This document shows, piece by piece, positions 51,771 to 64,000 of a DNA stretch of 64,000 bases. Every line of letters begins with the position of its first letter. Positions within the stretch are counted from its first letter, which is position 1. Position numbers and translations under genes: made by a program. Where the stretch lies: positions 1 to 64,000 of the forward strand of contig MQRK01222231.1 in the NCBI GenBank assembly GCA_001938485.1, read 5' to 3'. Below the pieces are notes generated by a model. The model saw only the letters and a list, made by a program, of their open reading frames with translations. It was not told where the DNA came from and did not search any database. The stretch comes from Girardia tigrina (taxonomy: Eukaryota).

Positions 51771-53272
51771 ATTGTAGGACGTTTCAACCAATCATCTAAT
51801 TCAACCCATGTACATTATCAACATCGGCCCTTTCAACCCATGTACATTTTAAACCCCGACATTTTCAATCCGTGTACATTTTCAAACCGGCCCTTTCAAC
51901 CATATACATTTAAAACCACGGTCGTTTCAACCAATATTTCAGTATAATTAAAAAAATAAAAGTGTAAGAGAGTGTCGTTGTTAATTTTTTAATTTTCGGA
52001 AAAAAGAATTTTGGTTTTTAAAAATTTCGAATTATAATAGAAATTAAAAAAATAATGGAAAATATAATTAAAAAAAGAAAATAAAAAAATGAAAATTTGT
52101 TTAAATAACAAATTTAACCTGTTGTAGATTTGCAAGTCTTAATTTCTTTTTGATTTAGAATGGAAGATAATTCCCTACTTAACATGGTGGCAACGCTAGC
52201 GGATACAATCACGAACCGACTGATTCCCGACATGTCCAGATCGGAGAAGACCTTGAGAAATTTATTTCTCGCTGCAGAAGATATTTTGAAGCAGCGGAAA
52301 TTAATCAAAAGAAATGGCAAACATGTATTTACTCAATGATACATTAAGACCTCTTGGAAGCATATGAGAACACAGCTGATAATTTTGAGGATCGGCTAAG
52401 ACTAGCGTTTGAGAAGCCGAGAGCAGCCGCGACGGATTGAGAAAAACTGTTGAGTTATCGCAAAGGTGCTGATAACGCATAGACCTTTTTCAAAAAAGTA
52501 GACCAGTTGGTAAAAAATGCGTTGTCGCGTAGACTCGAGGAAGAAGAGCTAAAAGCTCAAATGTTAATTCATTGCATTGATGATGAAGATGTTGTTCGTG
52601 AAATTAAATTGCGGAAACTAAAGAGTGCCAAGGAAATATCGTTGCACTCGTAGACGAAATAAACTACGAAAAGTAGAGCAGGATCAATGCTGTCCGAAGT
52701 TATCGAGATGTTGTTCAAAACAGCAGGGCTCCTGAGGTAACTAAAAAATGGGTTAATCAGACTCAGCCGAGAAAACAACTCTCAAGAGAGGAATCAACCG
52801 AGTCCAAATGCCATACTTGTCAGTAACCAGGGCATTTCAGCAGAAATTGCCAACAAATAAGACCTGTACAGTGTTGGAATTGTAAAGAGACTGGGTATAT
52901 GTCGAAACTGTCCTAACAGACAGCCATTGGCTTGTTTCTTGTGCGGAAAAAAGGGACATAGGTTTACTCAATGTCCAGAGATACGCTGTGAAAAATGTGG
53001 CCGGAATGGGCATCTAGCAGCGGCATGTTTAGTGAACTCTGGCAGACAGAATAATGGTTACGACAATGGAAGATTGAGAATGCAGTACAATGATCAGAAA
53101 TTTTTAAAAAATAATATTTTTGATGGCTGTACATTAGTTTAAGAAATAGTATATAATAATTTACTATGGGTTGGAAATGTGTATCTGTGGAGAGTGTCGT
53201 TGTTGAAAATGTAAATGGGTTGAAAATGTACAAGGATTGAACTAGGTCATGGGTTGAAAGGGCCGACTACCA
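51771..53272 (+). mobile_element. MULE-type TIR element carrying a decayed retrotransposon gag with four CCHC knuckles
   Basis: Perfect 9-bp TSD AACAAAACG (51762-70 and 53273-81); ttcaaccc/gggttgaa repeat-rich TIRs; CHTC..GHFSRNC, CWNC..., CFLCGKKGHRFTQC and CEKCGRNGHLAAAC. Confidence 0.75.
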
Positions 53273-54472
53273 AACAAAACGCAGATGTACTTCAAGCTTC
53301 ATAGAATAAATCTTTGCTAAGGGTTTAGAAAAAAAACAGCACACTTTTTAAGAAGTCATAATTTTACGAATAGAAAAAGGACTACTATAATTAATGTCAG
53401 CACAGTTATTATCCAAAAAAAATCTTTTAGTAATTATTTTTGGCTAATCGGACGATATGGCCACATGATGATAAATCTCCAACTTCACTCAACAGGAAAT
53501 CGCGCCATGAACCATTTTCATAAAATAGACAAAATAATCTTCATCAGTTTAAAATTTAAGCACACTCAAAAAATTGTCTTTATTAAAACAAACATATGTT
53601 CATATTATTAGTTGTTTTTTATAATTATTCAGTGAAATAATCTTTCAATTACCAGTTCCAAAGAAAACAACGAAATTGTGGATCGTAAAATGATAAGATA
53701 AAATTGGAAGAAAGCATGTGAAATCGGGTTTATTTATTTAAATTTTTCACCATAGAATTATAAGTGTGCACTGCAGTAATATTTCTGAGCAGAGACAAAT
53801 TGAAGAAGGAGCTGTAACCTCGAAGAGTCGTTGTTCAAATAACTGATGAGCACTCAATTTTGAATTCAGTTGAATGAGTCTAGTTTAGAAACTAATGAAG
53901 TTTTGTTAACTACTGAAAAAAAAGAGACCACGGAAAATGGTCAACTTTTTTCCTGATACTTTTTGAAAGTCTCTTTTATCGCAGTCTCTTTTTACTTGTC
54001 TCTTTTGGTATTATTCTACTGGTATCATTAGTACGAAAAATAGATTGATTCTTATGCCTATTTTTTGCAGGTGTTTTTTTAAGAATTTGGAAATTCAATT
54101 TGTTTACAAACAACAATCCATAGTTATTCGCAACAAATAACCAACAATTTACTGACATTTTATGCTACTTGATATTTCGTAAGAGTCCAAATATTCCAAC
54201 CTACTTCAATTTTCAAATAATTTACACGAAGAAGACTGTATGAATCGTACTTATTCATTTGAAAGAAAAATAATATTTTATTATTCTAATCATAATTTTT
54301 ATCAAAATATTATAGAAAACCCTTTTTTTCAAAATTAAATACTTTTTAGATCCACGAAAATAATTAAATTGTTCTCACAGACATATTGCTCTAAGAATGC
54401 GCCATATTACTTTAAAAATTTATTAATAATAATTATTATAAATATTATATATTTTTTTCATATATTTTAAAG

Positions 54473-54727
54473 CAAATATAAGTTTACGGCACGATCCTAA
54501 TCTTTTGGTATATTTGGTTTACTATTTTAATTATACGATAAAAACGTATTTTGAATATCGAAACGTACAGTACGATGCATTTTGTACAAATACAACTCTT
54601 TTCTCTGTGGGATTTGTAAACGGCACTTGGATATACTTAATAAAAACTGCTTTTGGCGGATTATACGTTTTTCGATGTAGATTACTTAATACATCAATCT
54701 ATATGCCATTAGAATTATCGATTTACA
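54473..54727 (+). CDS. Exon A8, divergent Ig-like domain (phase 1-1, 255 bp)
   Basis: ttttaaag|CA acceptor, A|gtaaat donor; (A)NISLRHDPNLLVY...FCTNTT..NGTWI..GGLYVFRCRLLN; five N-x-S/T sequons; stop-free. Confidence 0.6.
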
Positions 54728-54799
54728 GTAAATATTTTATTATGAAATTACAATCAAATAAATCTTACATATTTAAAAAATAAAAATGAGTGGACCTAT

Positions 54800-55270
54800 G
54801 GTACTTATTCATAACAGACAAAATTTGTAATTACCTAAATTATTTGAATGTAAACATTTATTGACAACACAAACAGATTATTCACAACAATTCTTAGTAA
54901 GCATCTTTCTTTGATTGATATAGTTTTTGTTTCTGTATTCAAATCTAAAAAAAACAATCAATGGGTAAATTTTAATAATAACTTTTAATGTCTCATTATT
55001 TTTTTGGATAAAAAGGCATTGCGTTATTTTTAAAATAAACATTAATTTTTAAAATATATTAAATTTAATAAGTTAAAATCGTTTACTAAAAATATTATTA
55101 AAATTCATAATTATAAAACTTTAATTAATTAGTACTAAAACAATTAATATCATTAAATTAATTTCATTAGATTCAAATAATCAATCAATAACATATCAAC
55201 CCCATCTGAGTAGAGAGTCAATCTAAACAGCATACAAACAACAAAATTACAACATTCCAAATTTTCCCTC
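54800..55270 (-). mobile_element. LTR fragment of the CCAGATGG-motif family
   Basis: Minus-strand ctctactcagatggg resembles the motif at 10610, 27520, 60760 and 62468. Confidence 0.4.
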
Positions 55271-55912
55271 AAAATGATTGAATTCAATTTCTCTATATTT
55301 TTCTATTTTTTTATTTTAATTGTTAAGATGTGTCATAGAAGTAAAATATAGAAAGATTGAAGCAACCCTTGCTTTTACGAACATGAGTCTAAATTGACCT
55401 ACATAGAATAATTATCTGATTAACTTTCTTTTTGAATGTTTGACAGCCACTTCTTTCTGAGTATTTAAACTACAGCGGTAGTGCATGAGGGTTTTTTATA
55501 TTGTTGGAATTGAAGTTTTTGCAAAAATTATTCTGCGTAAAGTAAGGGTTAAAAGATTAAGTTAATACTGCAGCACAAATTTTATGGTATTAGAAAGTAC
55601 CAACAATCGACTGATGGTTAAAGGAAACTTGTAATTTGAAGATTAATTTAAATGTGACTTTGCATTTGATGATTAAGATTTAGATAACTTTTTATCGATG
55701 ATTCCATGTACAACATTTTTAGTAATTAATAAAGATTTTCAATTTAAAAATCTTAAAATAGTAAGAAATAGTTGTTGTAATGATCCAATAGTATTTTTAA
55801 GTTAATAGTTATATATTTTAGTTGATATTGCTAAATTTTAATTGCAAATTTAATCAGTATTACAAATTTATATGTATGAAATACAAAATCATCGAAGGTT
55901 TACAATAAAGTT

Positions 55913-58900
55913 TGTAAAATAAGATGATTTTTTCGATTTACAAAAACTATATTATTCAAGCAAATTAGAATTCATCCATTAAATTATACTCCCCCATGAT
56001 TTCCAGATCAAATCACATAATCATCCAGATACTGAGGGGGCTTCCATACCCGCACCGGTTGTTCAACAGAATCTGCAGCTACCTCTTGCGTTGCCGGTCC
56101 ACTCATTTCGTCATCACTGTCTAAAATGCAATCATCGGAATCCCCTAACATTAGTTGTCGATATATCCTGATGTGGGATATATGCCTCGTGATTCCATCG
56201 TCGTCTAGCTCCACCCCAACTGCAGACTTCAACGATGTAATTGCATGTGGCCCCATCCATGGTTCATCGCATTTCTCGCCTACTCTCAAATAAACATCCT
56301 CACCAATGCTTAACGGGTTTTTCTCTGTAGCATCATACTCATCATTCGAAATGCACTCCAAGATGAATTTGCATTCAACCTAACGCTCATCTCAAATCAT
56401 TGGCAGTCGAAACATGGCATGGAATATCAATTCATAGGGCCCCACATCCCGGTGACCCGTCGTACTGTTGTACCAAAACACACATTCGCTGATCGATTTT
56501 GCAGGTCTCATCGCAATTGCATTACTGGTGCTGTGATTTCTCTCTCACATCCAATTCCCTTGATGCAGATAGGCTGCGGTGAGCCTTTGCTCGACTCTCC
56601 ATTTATCTAATAACCGTCTCACTGGGGCATTTCGATAGAGAGCCGCATTATCGGAAAAGAAACGTTTCGGCGGTCCAAATTCAGAGCATACGTTATCTAT
56701 ATGCCAACCTATTTTCTCGGCGGATTCACTACGCAACTTTCTCCAATTACAAAATCTTGTTGCTGAATCTACTATGGTCAGATACGCGACACCATTGAAA
56801 TAAGTCACATCACTATAAAGTTGATATAATAATTTGTCAGTTGACAATTGCCCATGTTGATACTTAATTCGTGGGGCTGGGCAGATCTTTGAACATTCAA
56901 TACATTGATTGATAACTTCCTTAACTTGATCTGACTTTACTGCATTAGTCCCATATTTTTACTTCAACGGTTCACTCGTCCTGACGACTCAAAAGTGACA
57001 GATATCATGAATTTTCTTGATCTCATCAACACTTGGATACTGATTTGCTTCGATCACGTTTTCTTCCACTTTCCTGTTTAGCCATTGTTTGGGAACACTG
57101 GTCAAACAATCTGCTATATCCAATTGAGACTTCACCAATTCCAGTTCCACTTTCAGTTTTTCTTGATCTTTCAACTCTCTCAAGATATCGACTCTTTCGC
57201 GTACCAAATGTTCAGATAATGTGCGGGTTCTTGGGTTCTCTGTCTTCTTGAATACTGCCATGAACCACCCATACACTGTTGCTGAGTCCGTCATCAGCTT
57301 GAACTTATGATAACCCCAGGTTATCACTAAGTTTATTCCACTTATGGCCGCATCCAGTTCACTCATATGAATATGGCTTATATCGTTTTCTTTTCTTAAC
57401 CTAGCAACGTCTTCATCGATATCACCGTTAACACACAATAGTACACCTATTGTTATACTACTTGCATCTGTCCAAATGGCAACATTATTATTTCAATTTA
57501 CCACCCACTTGCCTGTTGCTGGATCTCCATCCCTCCTCAGCCTTTGACAGGTTTCATTAACTTTCTCTTTGATGTCTTTTGGCACTAATTTATCCCAGCC
57601 TATCTGGTATTTTGCGGTTAATCTCTGAATTTAGGCACAAGCAACTCGTAACCTTCCTCCAACTGGTACATGGACTGTCCTGTCCTTCAAGATTCCACGT
57701 AATTCTCTTCTCGTTGCTTACTCAAGCTCCCTAGTTACGACCTCTTGGTCACTTCTCCACTGAAAATTGCTTTTTACATTCAGTCCAAGCACCCTGACAT
57801 TTTTGTCAAAGCCAATCCGTTCTATAGGTTGAGACTCCAATCCGAACCGGCGAAAAATTTCTGCTACATCGTCTGCATTACAAGAACTTTCCGCAATGAA
57901 CACATCATCAATATACCCAAAAGCAGTCATCATATGCTCTTCCTTGCTAATCGTTTCAACTATTTTTTACATGACTTTTAGCGCAATGGATAAACCAAAC
58001 CCTAACCTGATCATCACATACACTTCGCAATTCCACATAACCGCCTGATATTTCCACGAATCTGGAATCACCCTTACTTCTAGTAAGCCTTTTTTTAATC
58101 CATTATTGCGCAAATTTCTCCACTCCCGTAATCGTGACTGGCAACTGGTATAACTGCTGCCCGGATAGCTATGAATTTGTTCGTTCAGTAACCAATAGTC
58201 TAATACTGGTCGTATTTGTGTCGTTTTGCCGTTGACTTGCCACACTCCAATCAATGGTATCATGTTACGAATCTTCTCGTCTCGCTTTTCATCCCACTTT
58301 ATCAGAACACTTTCGCTTATCCACTCATTCACTTAATCTTGAAATGGCTCTTTATCTTCATTGGGAATTTCATAATTTACACATGAGGTTCTCTCAATCG
58401 AATGATCCTCGACAAATCTCTAACGTGTGCTCCAATACCTTCCGTCAAATTAAGCATTAAAATCATCCTCTTTTATCTGCAAGTGTCTTCCACTTTTCAC
58501 TCCAGTTGCTGCAGTAATAACTTCCGATTTCACTCCATTATTCCCAAATTTTATACAAACATCATCACCGTCTACCCGTATTGTCAGTCCACGTTTGAGA
58601 ATAACATCGTTTCCTACTATGATATCGACATCTGCAGGCAGCCTTTCAACCATAATTGCTCAAACAGGCACCAAGTTCGTACCGTCAAATAGTATCTCAT
58701 GCAGTTGCATTCTACCCAGGATATTTACCTGACTACCGTCGACCGCTACCAGGTTCAAGTTTCAAACTCCTTCGATTCTTGACTTTGTGCAACCTCTTCC
58801 ATTAAGAGTGGCACTACTCTAAGTGTCGATCATCACCTTCATCCTTTCCCCGTTGATTAGCGCTTGACGAATCAATAAATTCGGAATAATAGCTGAACAT

Positions 58901-59797
58901 TAATAAATTAATCGCGATTGCAAATTTTTGAGGCGATTCACTGCCGCCTAGTTGACACAGTTGTCCTCGGGGCGCTGTGGCTTTTTATAGACGTAACTAT
59001 TGCCGCTAGTTACATCACCACCCCATCTTACTGTGACATTTGGTCTTATACCATTCACTGGGGAGAGGTTGGACCCGGGACCTCCACCACTCTGTCGTTT
59101 CCGACATGTTAAAGTTTGATTTTATATGGCCGACTTATCTGCATTTAAAGCATTTAACTCTAGAATTCTTCTGCATGTGTGCAAGTCGACTAAAATCAGC
59201 ACATCAAAATTTACTGTTGGTTGCCGCAATCACTTCTTGATGATATTGCCAATTGATGATTTTTGCAAAGTTCACCACACTCATGAATGTGAATTCAACG
59301 TCCAATCTTGGCTGAAGCTCTCTTTTTAATTGATCCGGTAAAACTGTGAATAAATGTAATTGCACAAAACGCATCGATCGGATCCTGGTCCCCAACAACG
59401 GTCCGTATCAGCTGATTGATCTCGACCACCGAAACGTTCAATCTGTCACCCAGGAGAATCTTCTTTTGACCAAGCAACAGCCATGCGTCAAATCTCCCCA
59501 AACCAAACACTCGGTGCAACTCACTTTTGATTTCTTTAGCATTTCTCTGTTGATCCAGCGATAAACCCTTCCACGTATCGAATGCCGGTCCGTCCAACAG
59601 CATGACCAAGTATGAAACTTCTTTTACCATTAGCCCGTCTACCTCGATGGCAAACTCGAATTTGTCGATCCAATGTTCGATGTCCTCTCCACCATCAAAT
59701 TTCTTCAAATTACTGATAGCTTGTAAAATAAGATGATTTTTTCGATTTTCAAAAACTATATTATTCAAACAAATTTGATTTCATCCATTAAATTTCA
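55913..59797 (-). mobile_element. Compact full-length Gypsy element (gag-PR-RT-RH-IN) with 76-bp LTRs
   Basis: Direct repeats 55913-55988 and 59722-59797 (TG/TA...CA); PPT ggggga(g) next to the 3' LTR; RPVLDY, RLGFGL, GYIDDV, WTDAS, ELDA and integrase SDN motifs; frameshifted. Confidence 0.88.
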
Positions 59798-60223
59798 AAA
59801 CTATTTCCTCTTCGCAAAATATTTTCATCTATTTATCAAGCATAACTTATGAAAACAATCTTTTTCGACAAAATAAAATCACTGAATATCAATTCCTCTT
59901 CAACAACATAATTCACCCAATTTTCTAGAATAAACGGCGCTGACAAAAACTTCACATTTTAGTAAACAGCACCCTTGATTAGTCGGCGCCAGCCAATTAG
60001 TAAAATACAATCAATCATAATAATTTTTACAATAAACGGCATTGTATCTCAAAACGATTTTGTTAAAAATTATTTACAACAAAAATTATAATTCTCTTAC
60101 AAACCCAATAATGAATTTTATCAATTCAATTTTTTTCAAAGATTTTTTTATTTTTGTTAATTCAATATTTATAATCATTTTACAAATTGTAATATAACGA
60201 TTTAATTCATTTCTTGAAATCGT

Positions 60224-62300
60224 TGTATTGCGCCAAAGGAAGTTTATTTAAAAATACAGATTTGTGAAGCTTCGTTAATTCTTTTTGATTTAGATTTAAC
60301 ACCACAAGCTATCGCGGCATGAAAAAATTGCAGTATGGATTCAGTGCGTTGGTTTGACGGAACCAGTGATTTCAATGTCTGATGTCGGAAATACGTATCC
60401 GCTACGGCAATCTGCAAGATTGACCAGATATCAGCAATGCCAATGATGTTAGAAGGAAGATCATTCGACCTGTTTGATCGGTTGCCAAAGAAAGACCAGC
60501 AAGATTACGAGAAAGTAAAGATGCTGCTGTCAGAAGTATATAGACCGGATCCTTAAGGGCCTACGAGGAATTTTGCACCCGATGGCTCCGGGAGGGAGAA
60601 TCAGTGGAAGAGTTCTTGGTGACAATACGGTGGCTAGTAGCCATAATATTTGTTGATCAAGACCCACAGGAATGCTTCAACCAACGAGCATTTTGTGAGG
60701 AATATTTTGAATGTTTCATGTTTTGTGTTTGAATGTGTATGTTGATTTGGAAATGTGTCTCTCCTACCCAGATGGATTAATATTTGAATTCTTATTATCT
60801 AAAAATATGTTATGTTTAAATTTATTTTTAATTTCAAATAATTTTACAATTTTAAATAAGTTAATTAGTTTTTACAATTATTAATAAATAAATCAAAGTA
60901 ATATTTTTTAAATAATTAATAATCATTTTGATTTCTATCCAATAAGTTTTTAGTAAATATTTTATAAAAATATTTATTTCCCCATTTGCTAAAAAGTAAT
61001 AAGAATTAATTATTAATTTTATTATTTATTAATTTTTGACTTGTCAATATTTGTTATTTGAAATAAAGTTTCATAAAAGCATTTGTGTTCATTATTCATA
61101 TATTTATGTTGGAAGTCCTTTCTGATTAATTGGAGTCAGATCAAAGATTTCAGATTAAAGATTATTGATTAAAGAATAAAGAATAGAGATTTACGATTAA
61201 AGATTAAGATTTAAGATTTGTGTTTAAAAAGTAAACAATTGAAATTAAAGATAATTTAATACCCAACAAATTGGTGTTCATAATACATTTCTTGTGGGTC
61301 TCCGGAGAATGTGTCAAAACATTTGGCCTCAGAATCGGCTAGAAGGACGGCAAGCCTACCGGAGTTGCTTCCGGTTGCCTGTGCGCTGCTTCGGATTAAT
61401 CAATGGGATGTGCTACCATCAATACCAGTGGCGGCGATCAATGAGAACGGAACCATTAATCCAGTGGTAGCGGTGGCGACGAAGCCCTATCCATAAGTCA
61501 AGATACCACAATGCTACAAATGTAGTCAAGATGGTCACCTCAGACGAGAATGCCTGAGGGGACGAGCCCCGATAAATATTGTTTTGTGTGTGGTAATAAA
61601 AACCATTTATGCTTTGATTGCCCAAGCCGTTATAGATTTTCGGGAAATGGGCAGTAGGCTCTCACTGGTGCGCGACTGGGGAGCTGACACATAATAGTGC
61701 TCAATTACCAATTATTCAAATGCGTGTCGAAGGGTACATTGTAAGGGCCCTGGTGGACAACAGTTGCGCAACTACAATGGGGGAGAGGAGATATATGAAT
61801 TCGAAGAAAGTGGAGCAAATATCAGAGAAGCTGCAGACAGTTCTAGAACCGACAGTAATTAAAAACGGAGCCTGGGCTAAGATCGCAGTAAGTGGGAAAA
61901 CACTGACCTTTGGGGTTCTTTTAGTAGAAAATTTGAGCGAAATCAGCGCAGTGCTATTGTTGGGAATGGACTTGGTGACTCAACTAGGTGACGTTCATAT
62001 CACAGGAACGGACAGGTTGAGACAGAAAATCAGGAATGAAAATACAAGCAGAATCAGCAACATCGGGGCGGGAGGATCAGCATCAGTGGATCGAATTGGG
62101 GCGCCAGCATGCATAGTGAATTTAGATTTTACGGCACAATTCAATGGAAAATACTGGTCGGTGAATTGGAACTGGNNNNGGCACCGCCAGTACTCGAGAA
62201 AGTAGCAGAATATTCGCAGAATATACTGCACGAAGAAGAAATCAATAAAGAATTAGAAGAGTGGAAAAAGAGAAAATGGTTGATAGAATGCGAAACATTA
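60224..62300 (+). mobile_element. Related short-LTR Gypsy element, 5' part (gag, protease), interrupted by a solo LTR
   Basis: Putative 83-bp TG...CA 5' LTR (60224-60306) followed by AGCTATC; gag and ALVDNSC protease-like motif. Confidence 0.7.
60694..61285 (+). mobile_element. Solo LTR (592 bp) inserted in gag
   Basis: 5-bp TSD CATTT (60689-93 and 61286-90); removing it restores the gag frame QRAFLVGL. Confidence 0.8.
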
Positions 62301-62399
62301 TAAATGAACACAATATACACGAGTACTCGCCATTCGCTCTGTATTTTACTCCTCCCCGTTTTTACGATCAAGAAGACGTACTTTCTGACATATTATCTC

Positions 62400-62900
62400 T
62401 GTCAGGAATATTTTAAATTTGATTTGTTGAATTTTGTATGAAAAGTTTAGTCTTTGGAAATTTGTTTCTCCTATCCAGATGGAAATTCAATATTTAGGAT
62501 GTTCACGATGAATAGATATTCGAGCCTAGTATGCATTTTAAATTACAGCATAAGATATTTAAAAACTTTTAAAATATTAAATCTTTTCAAATTTTACAAT
62601 CAAAAATTGAAATAAAGTAAATAACTTTTAACTAATTTTTAAATTGATTAAATTAATGTTTTTTCTTTAAATAAAATCATTTTTAAAATTAAATTAATAT
62701 TGAGATAAAATAATTATCAAAATTATAAAATTGGAACTTTAAAAATAAAATCTGAAAATTATTTAAAATGAAAATTTGTTTGAATAGTTGTTTATTAACA
62801 AGACATTAACAAAAATTTGTCACTTTAACAAGATGTCAAATATACAAAAAACAATTCACATTGTGATAAAATAAATGTGTAAAAACCCATATTGGTGTTT
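62400..62900 (+). mobile_element. LTR copy of the same family
   Basis: tgtcaggaatatttt start and ctcctatccagatgg motif. Confidence 0.5.
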
Positions 62901-62929
62901 TTAATAACCCCAAATAGTCACTTTATTCA

Positions 62930-64000
62930 TATTCCCAATGTCAGTGTGGAACGAATCGAGAGCCAGCAATTCTACCAATCTTTCTCATGACATTCCTGGT
63001 GAGTTTTTGCAAGCCATTAAAGAACATTTAGAAAAACGTACTGTAAAACAAATTAAATCTTTCTCCCACATTGAAATTATGGCTGATAAGGCAACAGATT
63101 CGAGAAGACGAAGTTTTAATAATTTGCATGCACACTTTTCCCCATAAAGTTATTCTAGTGGAGACATTTATTGGACTGAAAGAGTTTTAAAATATCAATG
63201 CGGTGATTGTGACCGGCGGCATTTTGGATGTAATTAAAATGGTGATTAAAAATTACACTAAAAAAGTGGTCTATATTCATTGTCATAGTTATAGTTAGAG
63301 TGCGTTAATGCCAAGCAAATGTATCCGGAAATTAAAAGGATTTTCTCCACCTTAAACAGCCTGGGGTTGCTCTTCTACAACAGTCCGAAGAACCTGAGAA
63401 AATTTAAAGCAATTCAAGACTTTCTTGATGGACTAGAGTCTAGTCACTAGACACGGATATTAACCGATCTGACAAAACTTGGGGGATATTTCACTATCAG
63501 TGCATTGCATTAACAATCAAATGTTTAGAATCAATATTAGTCACCTTCTAAGAAATTTATTCAGATGGTGGGGAATTATCATCAGAATCTGGTGGTCTAT
63601 TGTTGACACTCCAGACATCAAGAGGAATTACTCTACTCTTTGCATTGAATCATATTATCCAACCTCTCTCCGTTTTATCAAAGCATTTGCAGTTTCCCAA
63701 CTCTACTCTTGTGAGAATGCATAAGTTTATATCAACAAGCAAATTCACTTTAAATCAATTAATGAAAAATCCTATTCTTTATCAACTTGAAGCAGAGAAC
63801 TTAATTCAATCAATATCAATAACTCTTGTTAATGAAAATCCGATCGGTCCTGTTTGTGTGAAAAATTGTGAAACCATTTATCATGTCTGATGAAAAGTTT
63901 TGCAGATCGATTTTCTGGTAAAGTTATGGCGATGTGCTCCGCGACTTCATTATTTGATACTTCAACAAATTTTCAAATGAGTACCTTAATGTTATTGAAT
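62930..64000 (+). mobile_element. Degenerate hAT (ZMYM1-like) transposase
   Basis: IMADKATD, YIHCHSY and FYNSPK motifs; stops. Confidence 0.7.

Noticed and set aside
51780-51935. Regularly spaced ttcaaccc/tgtacatt repeats as a CRISPR array
   Set aside because: Mirrored at 53168-53265 and bounded by a 9-bp TSD, so they are MULE TIR subrepeats.
59970-59995. Second SBDS-like start (ccgactaatcaa shared with ~16800-16811)
   Set aside because: Similarity stops after about 12 nt; the context tggcgccga is better read as a PBS-like site.

Overview
AT-rich eukaryotic (invertebrate-like) genomic DNA, mostly decayed transposable elements: hAT, MULE, Tc1/mariner/pogo, L1- and RTE-like LINEs, several Gypsy-type LTR elements, and an 8.1-kb Polinton/Maverick deletion derivative with TIRs and a perfect 6-bp TSD. 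Spread through this TE-rich sequence on the + strand are eight stop-free exons of 255-273 bp (694-957, 5695-5958, 12924-13190, 17619-17879, 25499-25765, 40188-40457, 40509-40781, 54473-54727). All have AG/GT boundaries and phase 1-1 symmetry, and each encodes one ~87-aa, beta-rich, Ig-like domain, usually with N-glycosylation sequons. Seven share an unusual signature (hydrophobic strand-P...Y...C...C-x2-C-x10/11-C-Y-x3-G, without the canonical Trp) but are otherwise very divergent. This array is the main candidate for an undescribed variable multi-Ig surface or secreted receptor system. Other oddities: an SBDS retrocopy next to a tRNA-iMet-like PBS, a ubiquitin-Gag-like fusion behind a PBS, a ubiquitin-like ORF inside the Polinton, a MULE-TIR element carrying retrotransposon gag, and compact Gypsy elements with ~76-83-bp LTRs. 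All calls come from reading the sequence by eye; no database searches were run.
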